Positions 18,661-31,338 are shown, numbered from the stretch's first letter. The stretch: 64,000 nucleotides of DNA from Gemmatimonas sp. (GCA_965279375.1 OZ257156.1:2752001-2816000), one strand, 5' to 3'. The notes: generated from the letters alone by a model not told the origin. Made by a program: numbers and translations.

Positions 18661-19371
18661 ATGACACACACGAACTCCCGTACGACGACACCGTCGGCGA
18701 CGCACGCGACGCGTCCTCGATTCTCCTCGTGGCGCATCGCTGCGGGTGCCGTTGCGCTGATCGTCTCCGTCGGAGGCGAAGCGCAAGCGCAGTCGCGGCC
18801 TATGAGCTTCTTCATCACGAGCGTCGGTCTCGGCGACGGCGCCAATCTTGGCGGACTCGCTGGCGCGGACAAGCACTGTCAGTCGCTCGCGGCGGCGGCT
18901 GGCAGCACCGGCAAGACGTGGCACGCTTACCTGAGTCAGACGGCGAGCGGCGGTCAGAAGGCGGTGAACGCGCGCGATCGCATCGGACCGGGGCCGTGGG
19001 CCAACGCGAAGGGCGTCGTGGTGGCTACGAGCGTGGACGACCTGCACAGCGACAACAACAAGCTCGGCAAGGAGGGAAGCCTGACCGAGAAGGGCGCGAT
19101 GGTGAACGGGCGCGGCGATACGCCCAACACGCACGACATTCTCACTGGCGCGCAGCTCGACGGTAGAGTTTCGTCGGACACGACGGACACCACGTGCAAG
19201 AACTGGACGAGCAACGCCGTCGGCGCAGCATCGGTGGGTCATCATGACCGCCAAGGCGGCGGCACCAACCCGACGTCGTGGAACAACGCGCATCCATCGC
19301 GCGGCTGCAGCCAGGAGAATCTGCGCGGCTCCGGCGGCGCAGGGCTGTTCTACTGCTTCGCGATCAACTGA
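18661..19371 (+). CDS. Secreted endostatin-like/lectin-fold protein
   Basis: Signal peptide (AQAQ); FFITS...ANLGGLAGADKHCQSLA, HDILTG, CKNWTS, GLFYCFA. Confidence 0.8.
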   Translation: MTHTNSRTTTPSATHATRPRFSSWRIAAGAVALIVSVGGEAQAQSRPMSFFITSVGLGDGANLGGLAGADKHCQSLAAAAGSTGKTWHAYLSQTASGGQKAVNARDRIGPGPWANAKGVVVATSVDDLHSDNNKLGKEGSLTEKGAMVNGRGDTPNTHDILTGAQLDGRVSSDTTDTTCKNWTSNAVGAASVGHHDRQGGGTNPTSWNNAHPSRGCSQENLRGSGGAGLFYCFAIN

Positions 19372-19380
19372 GAAGCGAAA

Positions 19381-19403
19381 GGGCGCCCGAACCTCGGGAG
19401 CCC
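19381..19403. terminator. Hairpin between convergent genes
   Basis: GGGCGCCCGA-ACC-TCGGGAGCCC with one mismatch; A-run on the left side. Confidence 0.5.
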
Positions 19404-19430
19404 TAACCATCGCTGACTGTGAGCGGGGGG

Positions 19431-21323
19431 CTACTCGCCCCCCGACTCCACATACAGCGCATCAATCATCGGCTTGTACTGCGTGTCCACCACGCGCCGC
19501 TTCACCTTGAGCGTAGGCGTCAGCTCGCCGCGCTCCACCGTAAAGTCGTGCTCCAGCAGCGCGACCTTCTTGGGCGTCTCGAAGTGCGCCAGCCCCGTGA
19601 GTTGCTTGGCCACTTCCTTCTCCATCTTCGCGTGAATCGTCGGCATCTTGAGTAACTCGGCGCGCGACGTCCACACGATCCCCTGGCGACCGGCCCACGC
19701 CTCGAGCTGATCCCAGTTCGGCACGACGAGCACCACCGGGAACTTGCGCTTGTCGCCGATCATCACCGCCTGCGAGACGTACTTGTTCGTCTTGAGCAGA
19801 TTCTCGATTGGCTGCGGTGCGATGTTCTTGCCGCCGGCGGTGACGATGATGTCCTTCTTGCGATCGGTGATCGCGAGGAATCCGTCACGCAACTCACCGA
19901 TGTCGCCTGTGTGGAACCATCCGTCCTGATCGATGGCGTCCTTGGTGGCGTCAGGGTTGTTGTAGTAGCCCTTCATGATGTGCGGCCCGCGTGACAGGAT
20001 CTCTCCGTCTGCCGCGATCATCACTTCCACACCCGCGATCGGCTTGCCGACGGTGCCGATGCGGAAGTGTACCTGATTGTTGGCCGCAATCACCGGCGAT
20101 GTTTCCGTCAGGCCGTAGCCTTCGAGAATGACGAGCCCCGCCGCATAGAAGAACTTCGCAATGTCCTGCGACAGCGGCGCGCCGCCGGAGACGAAGAAGC
20201 GCAGGTTGCCACCTACACGTGCCTGCAGCTTGGAGAAGACGAGCTTGTTGGCGAGGCTGTACTGCATCGCCAGCAAGCCGCCGGGTTCGCGTCCCGCAAA
20301 TTTCTCTTCAGCCCAGCGTTCGCCAACGTTCTTGGCCCAGAAGAAGATCTGCTTCTTGACCGCGCCGCTGCTGACGGCGTTCTCCACCACGCGGGCATAG
20401 ATCTTTTCGTACAGTCGCGGCACCGACATCATCAGCGACGGCTTCACCTCCGACATGTTCATCGGCACCGTGTCGATCGACTCGGCGTACGAGATCTTCA
20501 CGCCATTGGCGAACAGGTAGTAGTCACCGGTGCGCTCGAAGATGTGGCTCAGCGGCAGGAAGCTGAGCGCGCTGTCTTTCGACGTCACTGGCATCGATGC
20601 GACGGTCGCAACCACGTTCGAGTGCAGGTTGTCCTGCGTGAGCATCACGCCCTTGGGATTGCCTGTGGTGCCCGACGTGTAGATCAGCGTGATCAACTGG
20701 TCCGGGCTCACGGCAAGCGCGTCGCGCTTGAACTGTTCGGCGCGCGACGGCGAATCATCCTGCGCGCCCATCGCTTCCAGTTCCGCGAGAGTCAGATCGC
20801 AGCCGTCGCCCTTGGTCGCGGCGAGCCCGATGATCCACTGCAGCCCCGGCGCTTCCGCGCGGACCGACGCGATCTTCTTCGCCTGATCGGCGGTGGACAC
20901 GAAAATCGCGCGCGCGCCGCAGTCGTTGAGGAGATACGGAATCTGCGCTGCGGGCAGCGTCGGATAGACGGGGACGTCCGTGACGGAGGAGCAGAGGCAC
21001 GCATAGTCGGCAATCACCCACTCGGGGCGATTCTCCGACAGAATCGCGACGCGATCGTGCGCGACGATGCCGAGCCGAGCGAGTCCGAGCGCCGTGCGAC
21101 GCACGCGCTCCAGCACGGTGCGGTGCGAGATCGGCTCCCAGACGCCGCGCACCTTGGAGACCAGTGCATCGGGCCGGTCGTAGCGCTCGATCGCGTCGAA
21201 GAAGAGCCGGTTGATCGTGCCAGGCGCAGGGCGAGGACCGCCGCTGACGTAGCGTGCAGGAGAGGGAACGGCGCCCATGGTCAGGTTGAGCGGGGGAATG
21301 GCGGGAACCGCGACCGAAGTCAT
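19431..21323 (-). CDS. Long-chain fatty acid-CoA ligase (AMP-binding)
   Basis: IYTSGTTGNPKG, EGYGLTE, WFHTGDIG, DRKKD, LTPTLKVKR. ATG 21323 has a GGAGG SD. Confidence 0.93.
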   Translation of the reverse strand: MTSVAVPAIPPLNLTMGAVPSPARYVSGGPRPAPGTINRLFFDAIERYDRPDALVSKVRGVWEPISHRTVLERVRRTALGLARLGIVAHDRVAILSENRPEWVIADYACLCSSVTDVPVYPTLPAAQIPYLLNDCGARAIFVSTADQAKKIASVRAEAPGLQWIIGLAATKGDGCDLTLAELEAMGAQDDSPSRAEQFKRDALAVSPDQLITLIYTSGTTGNPKGVMLTQDNLHSNVVATVASMPVTSKDSALSFLPLSHIFERTGDYYLFANGVKISYAESIDTVPMNMSEVKPSLMMSVPRLYEKIYARVVENAVSSGAVKKQIFFWAKNVGERWAEEKFAGREPGGLLAMQYSLANKLVFSKLQARVGGNLRFFVSGGAPLSQDIAKFFYAAGLVILEGYGLTETSPVIAANNQVHFRIGTVGKPIAGVEVMIAADGEILSRGPHIMKGYYNNPDATKDAIDQDGWFHTGDIGELRDGFLAITDRKKDIIVTAGGKNIAPQPIENLLKTNKYVSQAVMIGDKRKFPVVLVVPNWDQLEAWAGRQGIVWTSRAELLKMPTIHAKMEKEVAKQLTGLAHFETPKKVALLEHDFTVERGELTPTLKVKRRVVDTQYKPMIDALYVESGGE

Positions 21324-21483
21324 CGCTGCCTCCGAGGAGGGCGGAAGGACACACTGGCGGGGCAGAGGGCTCATCGGCGACAATAGGTCGTACGCGGCCC
21401 GGGAGGGATACCGGAAACTGCTGCCACGAGCGGCCGGGCGGGAGTGCCAGCCCCGGCACGCGCGCGAGGAGGCGGCTGGGGGC

Positions 21484-22344
21484 CTAGCTGCCGCGACGCA
21501 CGGGGAGCGCCAGGCGGATCGGTGACCCCTTGAGCGGGACCCCTTTGTACGACACGATCGCGCGAACCACCACGGTATCCGTCGTGATCCCTGCCGACGG
21601 GAATCGCTGTGCCCGCACCCGCACTTTTCGACCAGCGGTACCGCTCGCGTCCGTGGTGTCGAACACCGACGCGCGCCCCTGATCGTCCACGAGGTACGCG
21701 GCGAACGAGGTGTCGTTGGTGGGGTTGGCCGGTGAGATGATCTCGAAGCGGACCGGCCACGCGTTGACGCCCTCGTACGCCGTCGTCACGCTGTCGCGAT
21801 GGCGCACCGTGACGTTGAGCAGCGGCGACGCATTCGAATTCGCCTGAATACGACCGGTATCCGGCAACGTGGTCGTGAAGAGGGAGATGGTGCCCTGTCC
21901 ACTGCGGTCCACCGAGTCGGGCCGCGTCGTCACCGCGAGGGTGCGCAGCACCTGCAGCGACGCGCCGACGCGCGCTGCGAGTCGGCCGTCGGTGGTGGCC
22001 GCGCGAACGGCCCGCACGATTCCAGTCATCGTGTCCACCACCAGCGCACTGTCTCGGCGGAAGTCCGCAGAGAGGTAGCGAATCGGTGCATCGGGAATGA
22101 TGTCGCCTCGACCGTTGCGCACGATCGCGCGGATCGGGGTGACGACGCCGGCCACGTTGCGCAGCGTGTCGCCGAGCACCACCGAAGGCGAGGGATAGGG
22201 CGACAGCTCGATCGCTGCAGCCTCATCCGGTCCGGTGCTCACGTCGGCACAGGCGGCGATTACGGTCGTCACGGCGACGCCTGCCAGCAGGAGCACGCGC
22301 ACACCGCGGGGCGTCACCCGTCTCGTCGTCCGTCCCGTCATCAT
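21484..22344 (-). CDS. Hypothetical lipoprotein, beta-rich (possibly Ig-like)
   Basis: Lipobox IAAC after a hydrophobic stretch. Confidence 0.65.
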   Translation of the reverse strand: MMTGRTTRRVTPRGVRVLLLAGVAVTTVIAACADVSTGPDEAAAIELSPYPSPSVVLGDTLRNVAGVVTPIRAIVRNGRGDIIPDAPIRYLSADFRRDSALVVDTMTGIVRAVRAATTDGRLAARVGASLQVLRTLAVTTRPDSVDRSGQGTISLFTTTLPDTGRIQANSNASPLLNVTVRHRDSVTTAYEGVNAWPVRFEIISPANPTNDTSFAAYLVDDQGRASVFDTTDASGTAGRKVRVRAQRFPSAGITTDTVVVRAIVSYKGVPLKGSPIRLALPVRRGS

Positions 22345-22434
22345 CGCAGCGTCCGTAGCATCCGCGTAACCCCGAGCGTCGTCACGGCGTGCACTACCCC
22401 GCGCACGATGCGTCGATCCCCGGCGACGGCTCGA

Positions 22435-23202
22435 TCACGCGAACCGCTCGGCCAGACGCATCGCCAGGTTCACGTACGCTTGGCTCGCGGGGTCGGCCGG
22501 GTTGCGCAGGACGACAGGCTGTCCGGCGGCGAACGCGTCGGCAGTGGCAGGCGTACGCGGCACCGGCACATCGAAGACGAGATGCTTGGGGAGATGCTCG
22601 CGCACGTAGTGCACCACGCGCTCCGTGGCCGGGTTGCCTGCCTCGTACATCGTCAGCAGGATCCCTTCGAGCGTCAGCTCCTCGTTCTCGGCGATCATGT
22701 CCTGAATCGCGCGCAGAATCTGCGGCGTGGTCTGCAGCGCCAGCGGCTCGCACTGCAGTGGCACCACGACGTGCTGGCTGGCCGCGAGAACACGGCGCGT
22801 GATCGCGCCGAGCCCGGGGGGCGTGTCGACGACCACAACGTGGCAGCGTTCGCGTGCGGTCTGCAGCAGGTCATGCAGCACCGTGCTTTCGCCGATGCGG
22901 CGCTGAAAGCCCGAGTGGTCGGCCTGTTCGCTGACACTGCCCGCGAGGATGACGCGAAGCCACGGCAACGCCGTCGGGAGGATGACTTCGCGCAGTGTAC
23001 GCTCACCGCGCAGATAGTCGTCGAATCCGACCGTCGGATGGCCGCGACGCAGCCCCACGCCGTAGCGCACCGCACCCTGCGGATCGGCGTCCACCAGCAG
23101 CGTCTTTAGGCCGCGTCGCGCAAAGGCGGCCGCCAGGTTCACTGCCGTCGTGGTCTTGCCGACTCCGCCCTTCTGACTGACGATAGAAAGCACGCGTCCC
23201 AC
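22435..23202 (-). CDS. ParA/Soj-family ATPase (orphan)
   Basis: [37 protein letters not shown] 23202 lies 1 nt after the TPR gene stop. Confidence 0.9.
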   Translation of the reverse strand: MGRVLSIVSQKGGVGKTTTAVNLAAAFARRGLKTLLVDADPQGAVRYGVGLRRGHPTVGFDDYLRGERTLREVILPTALPWLRVILAGSVSEQADHSGFQRRIGESTVLHDLLQTARERCHVVVVDTPPGLGAITRRVLAASQHVVVPLQCEPLALQTTPQILRAIQDMIAENEELTLEGILLTMYEAGNPATERVVHYVREHLPKHLVFDVPVPRTPATADAFAAGQPVVLRNPADPASQAYVNLAMRLAERFA

Positions 23203-23203
23203 G

Positions 23204-23707
23204 TCAGCCCTCAGCGTCATTCGAACCGTGATCCGCCGCGCCGTCCGAGCCATCGTCGTGCGCGGCGGAATCCGCCGACTCGTGCGACATGCCGCGCAAG
23301 CGATCGAGCGTGCGTTCCGCGTGTGCGCGGAATCGCTGCGATGCCTCGTCCGAACCAGTGCTGTTGCGCAGAAATGCCTCGAGGTGCATGCCGGCATGCG
23401 CCGTGTCGCTGCGCTTGAGCAGCAGGAACGCCAGTCCGTAATGCGCACCGGCGAGATCGGGATCGATCTGCAATGCGCGACGATACGCGCGAATCGCTTC
23501 CTCGGGTTGCCCCGTCTTCGAGAACGCGATCGCGATGTTCTGCAGCACGCGCAAATCGTCGGGGTGCTCTCTGAGCGCGAGACGATAACTCGTCAACGCG
23601 TTCGGAAAGTCTCCGCGCGACTCGAGGTCGAGAGCTTCAGCGAGGAAGTCCGTAGGGCGCGAACCGCGCCCGGACGTACCGCCCACAAGGCGGCGCCACC
23701 AAGTCAT
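23204..23707 (-). CDS. Tetratricopeptide repeat protein
   Basis: [36 protein letters not shown]. Confidence 0.85.
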   Translation of the reverse strand: MTWWRRLVGGTSGRGSRPTDFLAEALDLESRGDFPNALTSYRLALREHPDDLRVLQNIAIAFSKTGQPEEAIRAYRRALQIDPDLAGAHYGLAFLLLKRSDTAHAGMHLEAFLRNSTGSDEASQRFRAHAERTLDRLRGMSHESADSAAHDDGSDGAADHGSNDAEG

Positions 23708-23919
23708 GCGCTCGCGGTGGATCGGAGAGGGAGAAAGTGTACGACAAGCGGATCGCGCTAACCTATCGGTCCGTCACGTTCACAACAAGTCGGAATCGAC
23801 ACCCCAACGTGGCGCAGCTGACACATGCGGCACGCATCATCGGTCTGCACGCCGCGAATGCGCGCTGGTCTCCGCAGTGGCTTCGCGCTACACTGCCAGT
23901 ACCCTCACTGGAGCTGACC

Positions 23920-24450
23920 ATGGCATCGCGACTGCCCTACGCACCCGATCTCTCCAAAGGCGTCCTCGTCGTCGACTGGCCGCTCTTCGGCGAGCTATCC
24001 CGCGCGTTGGCCCTCAAGGTCGCGCGCGCCTGGACTCCGGAAGTCGTGGTCGGAATTGCCACGGCAGGCGTCGTTCCCGGTGCAGCGGTCGCCGCCATTC
24101 TCGATCTGCCATTCCACTCCATCCTCGTCTCGCGCCGCTATAGCGCCGAGCGGGTCCGTGCGACGCCGGCCGTCTTTGGGGCCGCGCCGACGGAGGTCAG
24201 AGGCAAGCGCGCGCTCATCGTCGATGAGACTTGTGGCTCAGGCGATACGCTGCGTCTCGCGGTCGGCGCGCTGATCAACGCGGGCGCCAAGGAAGTGCTG
24301 ACGGCGGTGTCCTTCAAGACGGGGACGTTCGAGCCGGACTTTCATGCCCTCGCCACCGAAGCCAACATCGTCCTGCCGTGGGACCGCGAGATCCTCGTCG
24401 GTGACGAGCTCCGCCCCAATCCCAAATACGCCGGGATGCTGGCCGACTAG
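23920..24450 (+). CDS. Type I phosphoribosyltransferase family protein
   Basis: VVGIATAG, ALIVDETCGSGDTL PRPP loop, IVLPWD; GGAG SD. Confidence 0.85.
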   Translation: MASRLPYAPDLSKGVLVVDWPLFGELSRALALKVARAWTPEVVVGIATAGVVPGAAVAAILDLPFHSILVSRRYSAERVRATPAVFGAAPTEVRGKRALIVDETCGSGDTLRLAVGALINAGAKEVLTAVSFKTGTFEPDFHALATEANIVLPWDREILVGDELRPNPKYAGMLAD

Positions 24451-24459
24451 CGAGCGCGC

Positions 24460-25005
24460 TCAGGCGCTCGCGGCGGCGGCTTCGTAGGAGATACCGCGGC
24501 CCATCGCTTCGTGCACGTACCCCAGCACGTCGCCCGACCCCAGCAGGAACCGGCAGCGCGACTCGCCCTGCGCCCGGCACTCCACTTCCAGCACGGCGAT
24601 CGGCGCTTCGGCCAGACGCCCAAAGAAGCCCGAGAAGAGACCGGTGGAGACCAGGCAGCCCACGCTGCCGCCGTCCGCCTCGCTCCACTGGTCCGCGTCG
24701 ATCGCGATCACGGCGTCGCTGAGCTGCGTGAGGTAGATCTCCCCCCACCCCGAGACGGCGAAGAATTCCCGGACCAGCGCGGAGAATCGCGAGTCTTCCA
24801 GCGACTCCGGACCGTACTCGCCGCGGAACGACAGCCATGTGGCAAAGCTGTCGTACAGCGCCGAGCCGGCGTGGTAGCCCGCGTCGCGGATCGCTTCGGC
24901 ACCAGCGGGCGCAGACGGGTCCACGGCCATGCCATGCAGGGCCGTCAGGAACTCGACCGGCATCGCAACCGTGCGCGTCGTCAGGAAAGGCAGCATTGAG
25001 CTCAT
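24460..25005 (-). CDS. V4R-domain protein
   Basis: SGWG, GCLVSTGLFSGFF, VLEVECRAQGESRCRF. Confidence 0.82.
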   Translation of the reverse strand: MSSMLPFLTTRTVAMPVEFLTALHGMAVDPSAPAGAEAIRDAGYHAGSALYDSFATWLSFRGEYGPESLEDSRFSALVREFFAVSGWGEIYLTQLSDAVIAIDADQWSEADGGSVGCLVSTGLFSGFFGRLAEAPIAVLEVECRAQGESRCRFLLGSGDVLGYVHEAMGRGISYEAAAASA

Positions 25006-25041
25006 GTGTGATTCAGACGCTCGCCTAGTGGGCGCGTCACG

Positions 25042-27416
<2,375 letters not shown>

Positions 27417-27430
27417 CTGACCACGAGTGC

Positions 27431-27464
27431 TCGCAACACGCGCCACTGCGTGCGCGTGTTGCGA
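27431..27464. terminator. Perfect 13-bp hairpin after the YtxH gene
   Basis: TCGCAACACGCGC / GCGCGTGTTGCGA; no clear U-tract. Confidence 0.5.
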
Positions 27465-27565
27465 TGAACTCTCTGCACTGAACGAGAAGCGCGTCGAAAC
27501 GCGTAAGTTGCAGCCGTTGTGTTCGCCAAGCGAAGCAACTTCGCGCGTGGTATGTTGGCTGCACT

Positions 27566-28897
27566 ATGCTGGCACGCACTCTGATTGAACGAAAGCGCGA
27601 CAACGGGCGCATCACTGCGTCCGAATGGCGCACGCTGATGAAGCAATACGCCGCCGACGAGGTGCCGGACTATCAGATGTCCGCGCTCGCGATGGCGATC
27701 TATTTCAACGGACTCGATCGCGACGAGATCGGCGCGCTCACCGACGCCATGCTGCACAGTGGTGCGGCGCTCGATCTGTCGCACATGCGCATGGCGCGCG
27801 TGGACAAGCACTCCACCGGCGGTGTCGGCGACAAGGTGTCGCTCGTTCTTGCACCGCTCGTCGCTTCGCTTGGCGTGGCCGTCCCCATGATGTCTGGCCG
27901 CGGGCTCGGCCACACCGGTGGCACGCTCGACAAGCTCGAGTCCATTCCGGGCTTTCGTACCAAGCTCACACTCGCCGCGGCCACCAAGCTGCTCGACACG
28001 ATCGGCTGCGCGCTCATCGGGCAGTCGCAGGAGATCGCGCCCGCCGATCGACGCCTCTATGCGCTCCGTGATGCGACTGCCACCGTTGAGAGCATTCCGC
28101 TCATCAGCGCGAGCATCATGTCCAAGAAGCTCGCCGAGGGTCTCACAGGCCTCGTGCTCGATGTGAAGCGCGGCTCCGGCGCCTTTCTCCCCGAGCTCGA
28201 CCGCGACCTCGAGCTCGCGCGCACCATGATCGACATTGGCGCCGACCACGGCTGCCCGGTGATCGCGCTGATCACAGCGATGGATCGGCCGCTCGGCCGC
28301 GCCTGCGGCAATGCGCTCGAGGTGGAAGAGTCCATCATGGCGCTCCGCGGTGAGGGCCCGCCCGACCTGATGGCGGTCACCTACGCGCTGGGCGCGGAGA
28401 TGCTGGTGCTCGGCGGGGCCGCGCACGATCGCGACGATGCACGGCGACGCATGGAAGTCGCCATCTCGAGCGGCAAGGCGGCCCGCAAGTTCCAGGAGGT
28501 CATCAAGGCGCAGGGGGGAAACCCTGCCGTTGTGGACGATCCGTCGCTGCTGCCACAGGCCGACGAGTGCGAGCTGTTCTTCGCGCCCAAGGATGGCGTC
28601 ATCGCCCAAGTCGAGCCGCGCGCCATCGGACGCGGCATCACCGCGCTCGGCGGCGGGCGCACCAAAGTCTCGGACACCATCGATCCAACAGTGGGCTTCG
28701 TGATCACCGCTCGCCCCGGGGACATCGTCCGCGCCGGCGAGCCGCTGGCCACCGTCTTTGCCAACGACCGGCGGGGTGTCGACCAGGGGCTGGCAGTGCT
28801 GCGAGCCGCCATTCGTATCGCTGAGGAGGCCGAGCCGCCGCTGCCATTGATCTCGCACCGCGTGACCGAGGCCGGCGTCGAGTTGTACGAGCTCTAG
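27566..28897 (+). CDS. deoA: Thymidine/pyrimidine-nucleoside phosphorylase
   Basis: DKHSTGGVGDK, SGRGLGHTGGTLDKLESIPG, SIMSKK, GNALEV. Confidence 0.93.
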   Translation: MLARTLIERKRDNGRITASEWRTLMKQYAADEVPDYQMSALAMAIYFNGLDRDEIGALTDAMLHSGAALDLSHMRMARVDKHSTGGVGDKVSLVLAPLVASLGVAVPMMSGRGLGHTGGTLDKLESIPGFRTKLTLAAATKLLDTIGCALIGQSQEIAPADRRLYALRDATATVESIPLISASIMSKKLAEGLTGLVLDVKRGSGAFLPELDRDLELARTMIDIGADHGCPVIALITAMDRPLGRACGNALEVEESIMALRGEGPPDLMAVTYALGAEMLVLGGAAHDRDDARRRMEVAISSGKAARKFQEVIKAQGGNPAVVDDPSLLPQADECELFFAPKDGVIAQVEPRAIGRGITALGGGRTKVSDTIDPTVGFVITARPGDIVRAGEPLATVFANDRRGVDQGLAVLRAAIRIAEEAEPPLPLISHRVTEAGVELYEL

Positions 28898-29085
28898 ACC
28901 GGACGTCGCGCGTCGGCGAGGCTACTGGGCGACGGCGGCGCGCGGGGGGTAGCTCGGCCTCGGGAACTCTGGGTCGGGCACTCCCCGTTGGCTTGCCAGT
29001 GGGATATTTTGCCTCTCGTCTCGTGGGCCAGTCAGTACCGGTCCCGCACTTCCACCGCGTCCAGCGCCTCCCGGTCGACCGCCCG

Positions 29086-29331
29086 ATGATCTCTCCCGGA
29101 ATGAATCGCCTGCTCAGCCTCGTCTTTGCCGCTGCGGTCCTGCCGCTGCTCGGACTCTACGGCATCCTGATCAAGGCCGCGCTCCCGACGCCGACTGGCG
29201 GCATGGAAACCACCGTTGCGACCGTCTGCGTCATTGCCTTCACTGTGATCTTCGCGGCGCTCATCACGGTCTCGCTCAACTTCTCTCGCCAGCTGTCGCG
29301 CCAGGCGAAGGGCGATCTGACGACTCCGTAG
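29086..29331 (+). CDS. Small two-TM membrane protein
   Basis: Two hydrophobic helices; GC-biased third codon positions; followed by a terminator. Confidence 0.6.
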   Translation: MISPGMNRLLSLVFAAAVLPLLGLYGILIKAALPTPTGGMETTVATVCVIAFTVIFAALITVSLNFSRQLSRQAKGDLTTP

Positions 29332-29379
29332 TTCGCGGTGGTCGCGCGTCCACCGGGCGCTGCGATGAAGCGTTACGCC

Positions 29380-29412
29380 AGCGCGGTGACCTCACGGTCA
29401 CCGCGCTTTTTT
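29380..29412 (+). terminator. Rho-independent terminator
   Basis: GCGCGGTGACC-TCAC-GGTCACCGCGC followed by TTTTTT. Confidence 0.85.
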
Positions 29413-29556
29413 CTTCAGCCAACGAACAATTGCAGTCGTCTTGGGACGGATGGGGTTCGCGTCAACTCGTGTGTAGTTGAAGCAGGTGCAAAACCAACCT
29501 GTCTGGGTCCGACTACTCGCGACGCCGACGCCCGACCCGCAAAAGGAATGGCCGAC

Positions 29557-31338
29557 ATGAGTACGAACTCACGAATAGAGCATGCCGGTCGCGCACGGAT
29601 GTGCGCGCGCACTGCGGCGGTCCTCGCGCTCGTCGTCCTCGCGCTCTCGGCGTGTTCGTCCACCGACTCCTCGAGCACCTCGGACTTGGTGGTCGACCCG
29701 AACCCGCCGGTCTCCGAGCCGGTGTCGGTTGTCGTGCCCAACGGCGGACAGCAAGCCACTGTGGGTGTTCCGTTCAGCTACGATGCCACGCAGAATGGCG
29801 CGGCGTTCAAGGACCCGCGCGGCGGTGGTCTCGTGTACGCAGTCAGCTTCGCGCCCACAGCCAACGGGCTCAATGCCACTGCCGGGCGAATCAGCGGTGT
29901 GCCGAATGCTGCGGGCGTCGTCACCGCCACGATCGCAGCCACCGACATTCTCGGACGCACGGCGACCAACAGCTTTGCCATCACAGTAGCCGCTGCGCCC
30001 GTTGCGGCGCCGGTGGCGCTGGTCTCCGCGAATGCGCCGCAGGGCGCCACGGTGGGCGCGTCGTTCAGCTACGACGCCACCAAAGCAGGTGCAGCGTTCA
30101 ACGGCACGGGGCTCAGCTACGCGGTCGCATTCACGCCGAGTGCCAACGGGCTGTCGGCAGCGAATGGACGCATTGTCGGCGCACCAACGGCCGCCGGCAC
30201 GATCACGGTGACAATCGTTGCGACTGATGCGGCGGGCAACGTCGCGACGAACGCATTTCCCATCGTGGCGTTCAGCAACGATCTCGTGGCACCGGTGCTA
30301 CCCGCCGCGCTCTTGGCCTACTCCGACGCACGCGCGCCGTTGCCGCGGCACTACACACAGGCCGCACCCAACGCCGGAAGTCCGGCGGGCGCCGACAATA
30401 CGCCGGCGAACAACATCACTTCCGATGCGGGTGCGACGCTCGGGCGCGTGCTGTTCTACGATCGTCGCTTGTCGGTGAACGATCGTGTTTCGTGCGCGTC
30501 GTGCCATCAGCAGCAGTTTGCATTCTCCGACACCGCGCGACTGAGCCGCGGTTTTGCCGGCGCGTCCACGGGGCGGCACAGCATGGGGCTCGCGAACGCG
30601 CGCTTCTACAATCGCGGACGCTTCTTCTGGGATGAGCGCGCGGCCAGCCTCGAGGCGCAGGTGCTGCTGCCAATTCAGGACGCCGCCGAGATGGGTATGA
30701 CGCTCGACCTCGCGCGCACCAAGCTCTCGCTCACGTCATACTACGGCCCGCTCTTCACGGCGGCCTTCGGCACACCCGAGGTCACCGCTGACCGCGTGTC
30801 ACTCGCACTGGCGCAGTTCGTCCGATCGATGGTGTCCACCACCTCAAAATTCGATCAGGCCTTCGGCCCCAACGGCGTTCCCGACTTCGCGGGCACCTTC
30901 ACGGCGCAGGAGCTGGCGGGGCAGACGCTCTACAACGGTCGTGCCGGTTGCGCACGCTGCCACGGCACCAACGCGCACATCAGCGACGACATTCACAACA
31001 CCGGGCTCGACGCCACCATCACCGATGTCGGCGCAGGCGGCGGTCGCTTCAAGGCGCCGTCGCTGCGCAACGTGGCGGTGCGTGCGCCGTACATGCACGA
31101 CGGCCGCTTCAGCACACTGGCGCAGGTGATCGAGTTCTACAACTCCGGCGTGCAGCCCAACCCCAATCTTGACGGTCGTCTGCAGGCGGGCGGTGGTGGT
31201 CGCGGCGGCGGAGCGCCGGCGCCGCTGCGTCTCAACCTGACGCAGGCAGAGAAGGACGCGCTCGTGGCGTTCCTGGGCACCTTCACCGATCAGCAGTTTC
31301 TCACCGATCCTCGATTGGCGAACCCGTTTCTTCGCTGA
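29557..31338 (+). CDS. Di-heme cytochrome c peroxidase/MauG-family lipoprotein with two Ig-like (He_PIG) repeats
   Basis: Lipobox LSAC; two repeats of ATVG.FSYDAT...GRI.G.P; LGRVLFYDRRLS, CASCH, FFWDERA, CARCH, FKAPSLRNV, PYMHDG. Confidence 0.87.
   Translation: MSTNSRIEHAGRARMCARTAAVLALVVLALSACSSTDSSSTSDLVVDPNPPVSEPVSVVVPNGGQQATVGVPFSYDATQNGAAFKDPRGGGLVYAVSFAPTANGLNATAGRISGVPNAAGVVTATIAATDILGRTATNSFAITVAAAPVAAPVALVSANAPQGATVGASFSYDATKAGAAFNGTGLSYAVAFTPSANGLSAANGRIVGAPTAAGTITVTIVATDAAGNVATNAFPIVAFSNDLVAPVLPAALLAYSDARAPLPRHYTQAAPNAGSPAGADNTPANNITSDAGATLGRVLFYDRRLSVNDRVSCASCHQQQFAFSDTARLSRGFAGASTGRHSMGLANARFYNRGRFFWDERAASLEAQVLLPIQDAAEMGMTLDLARTKLSLTSYYGPLFTAAFGTPEVTADRVSLALAQFVRSMVSTTSKFDQAFGPNGVPDFAGTFTAQELAGQTLYNGRAGCARCHGTNAHISDDIHNTGLDATITDVGAGGGRFKAPSLRNVAVRAPYMHDGRFSTLAQVIEFYNSGVQPNPNLDGRLQAGGGGRGGGAPAPLRLNLTQAEKDALVAFLGTFTDQQFLTDPRLANPFLR

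Noticed and set aside
29338..29556. Long N-terminal extension of the peroxidase ORF, and a possible c-di-GMP riboswitch near GCAAAACC
   Set aside because: A clear terminator at 29380-29412 lies inside the extension; the GAAA tetraloop and second-stem consensus of c-di-GMP-I are absent.
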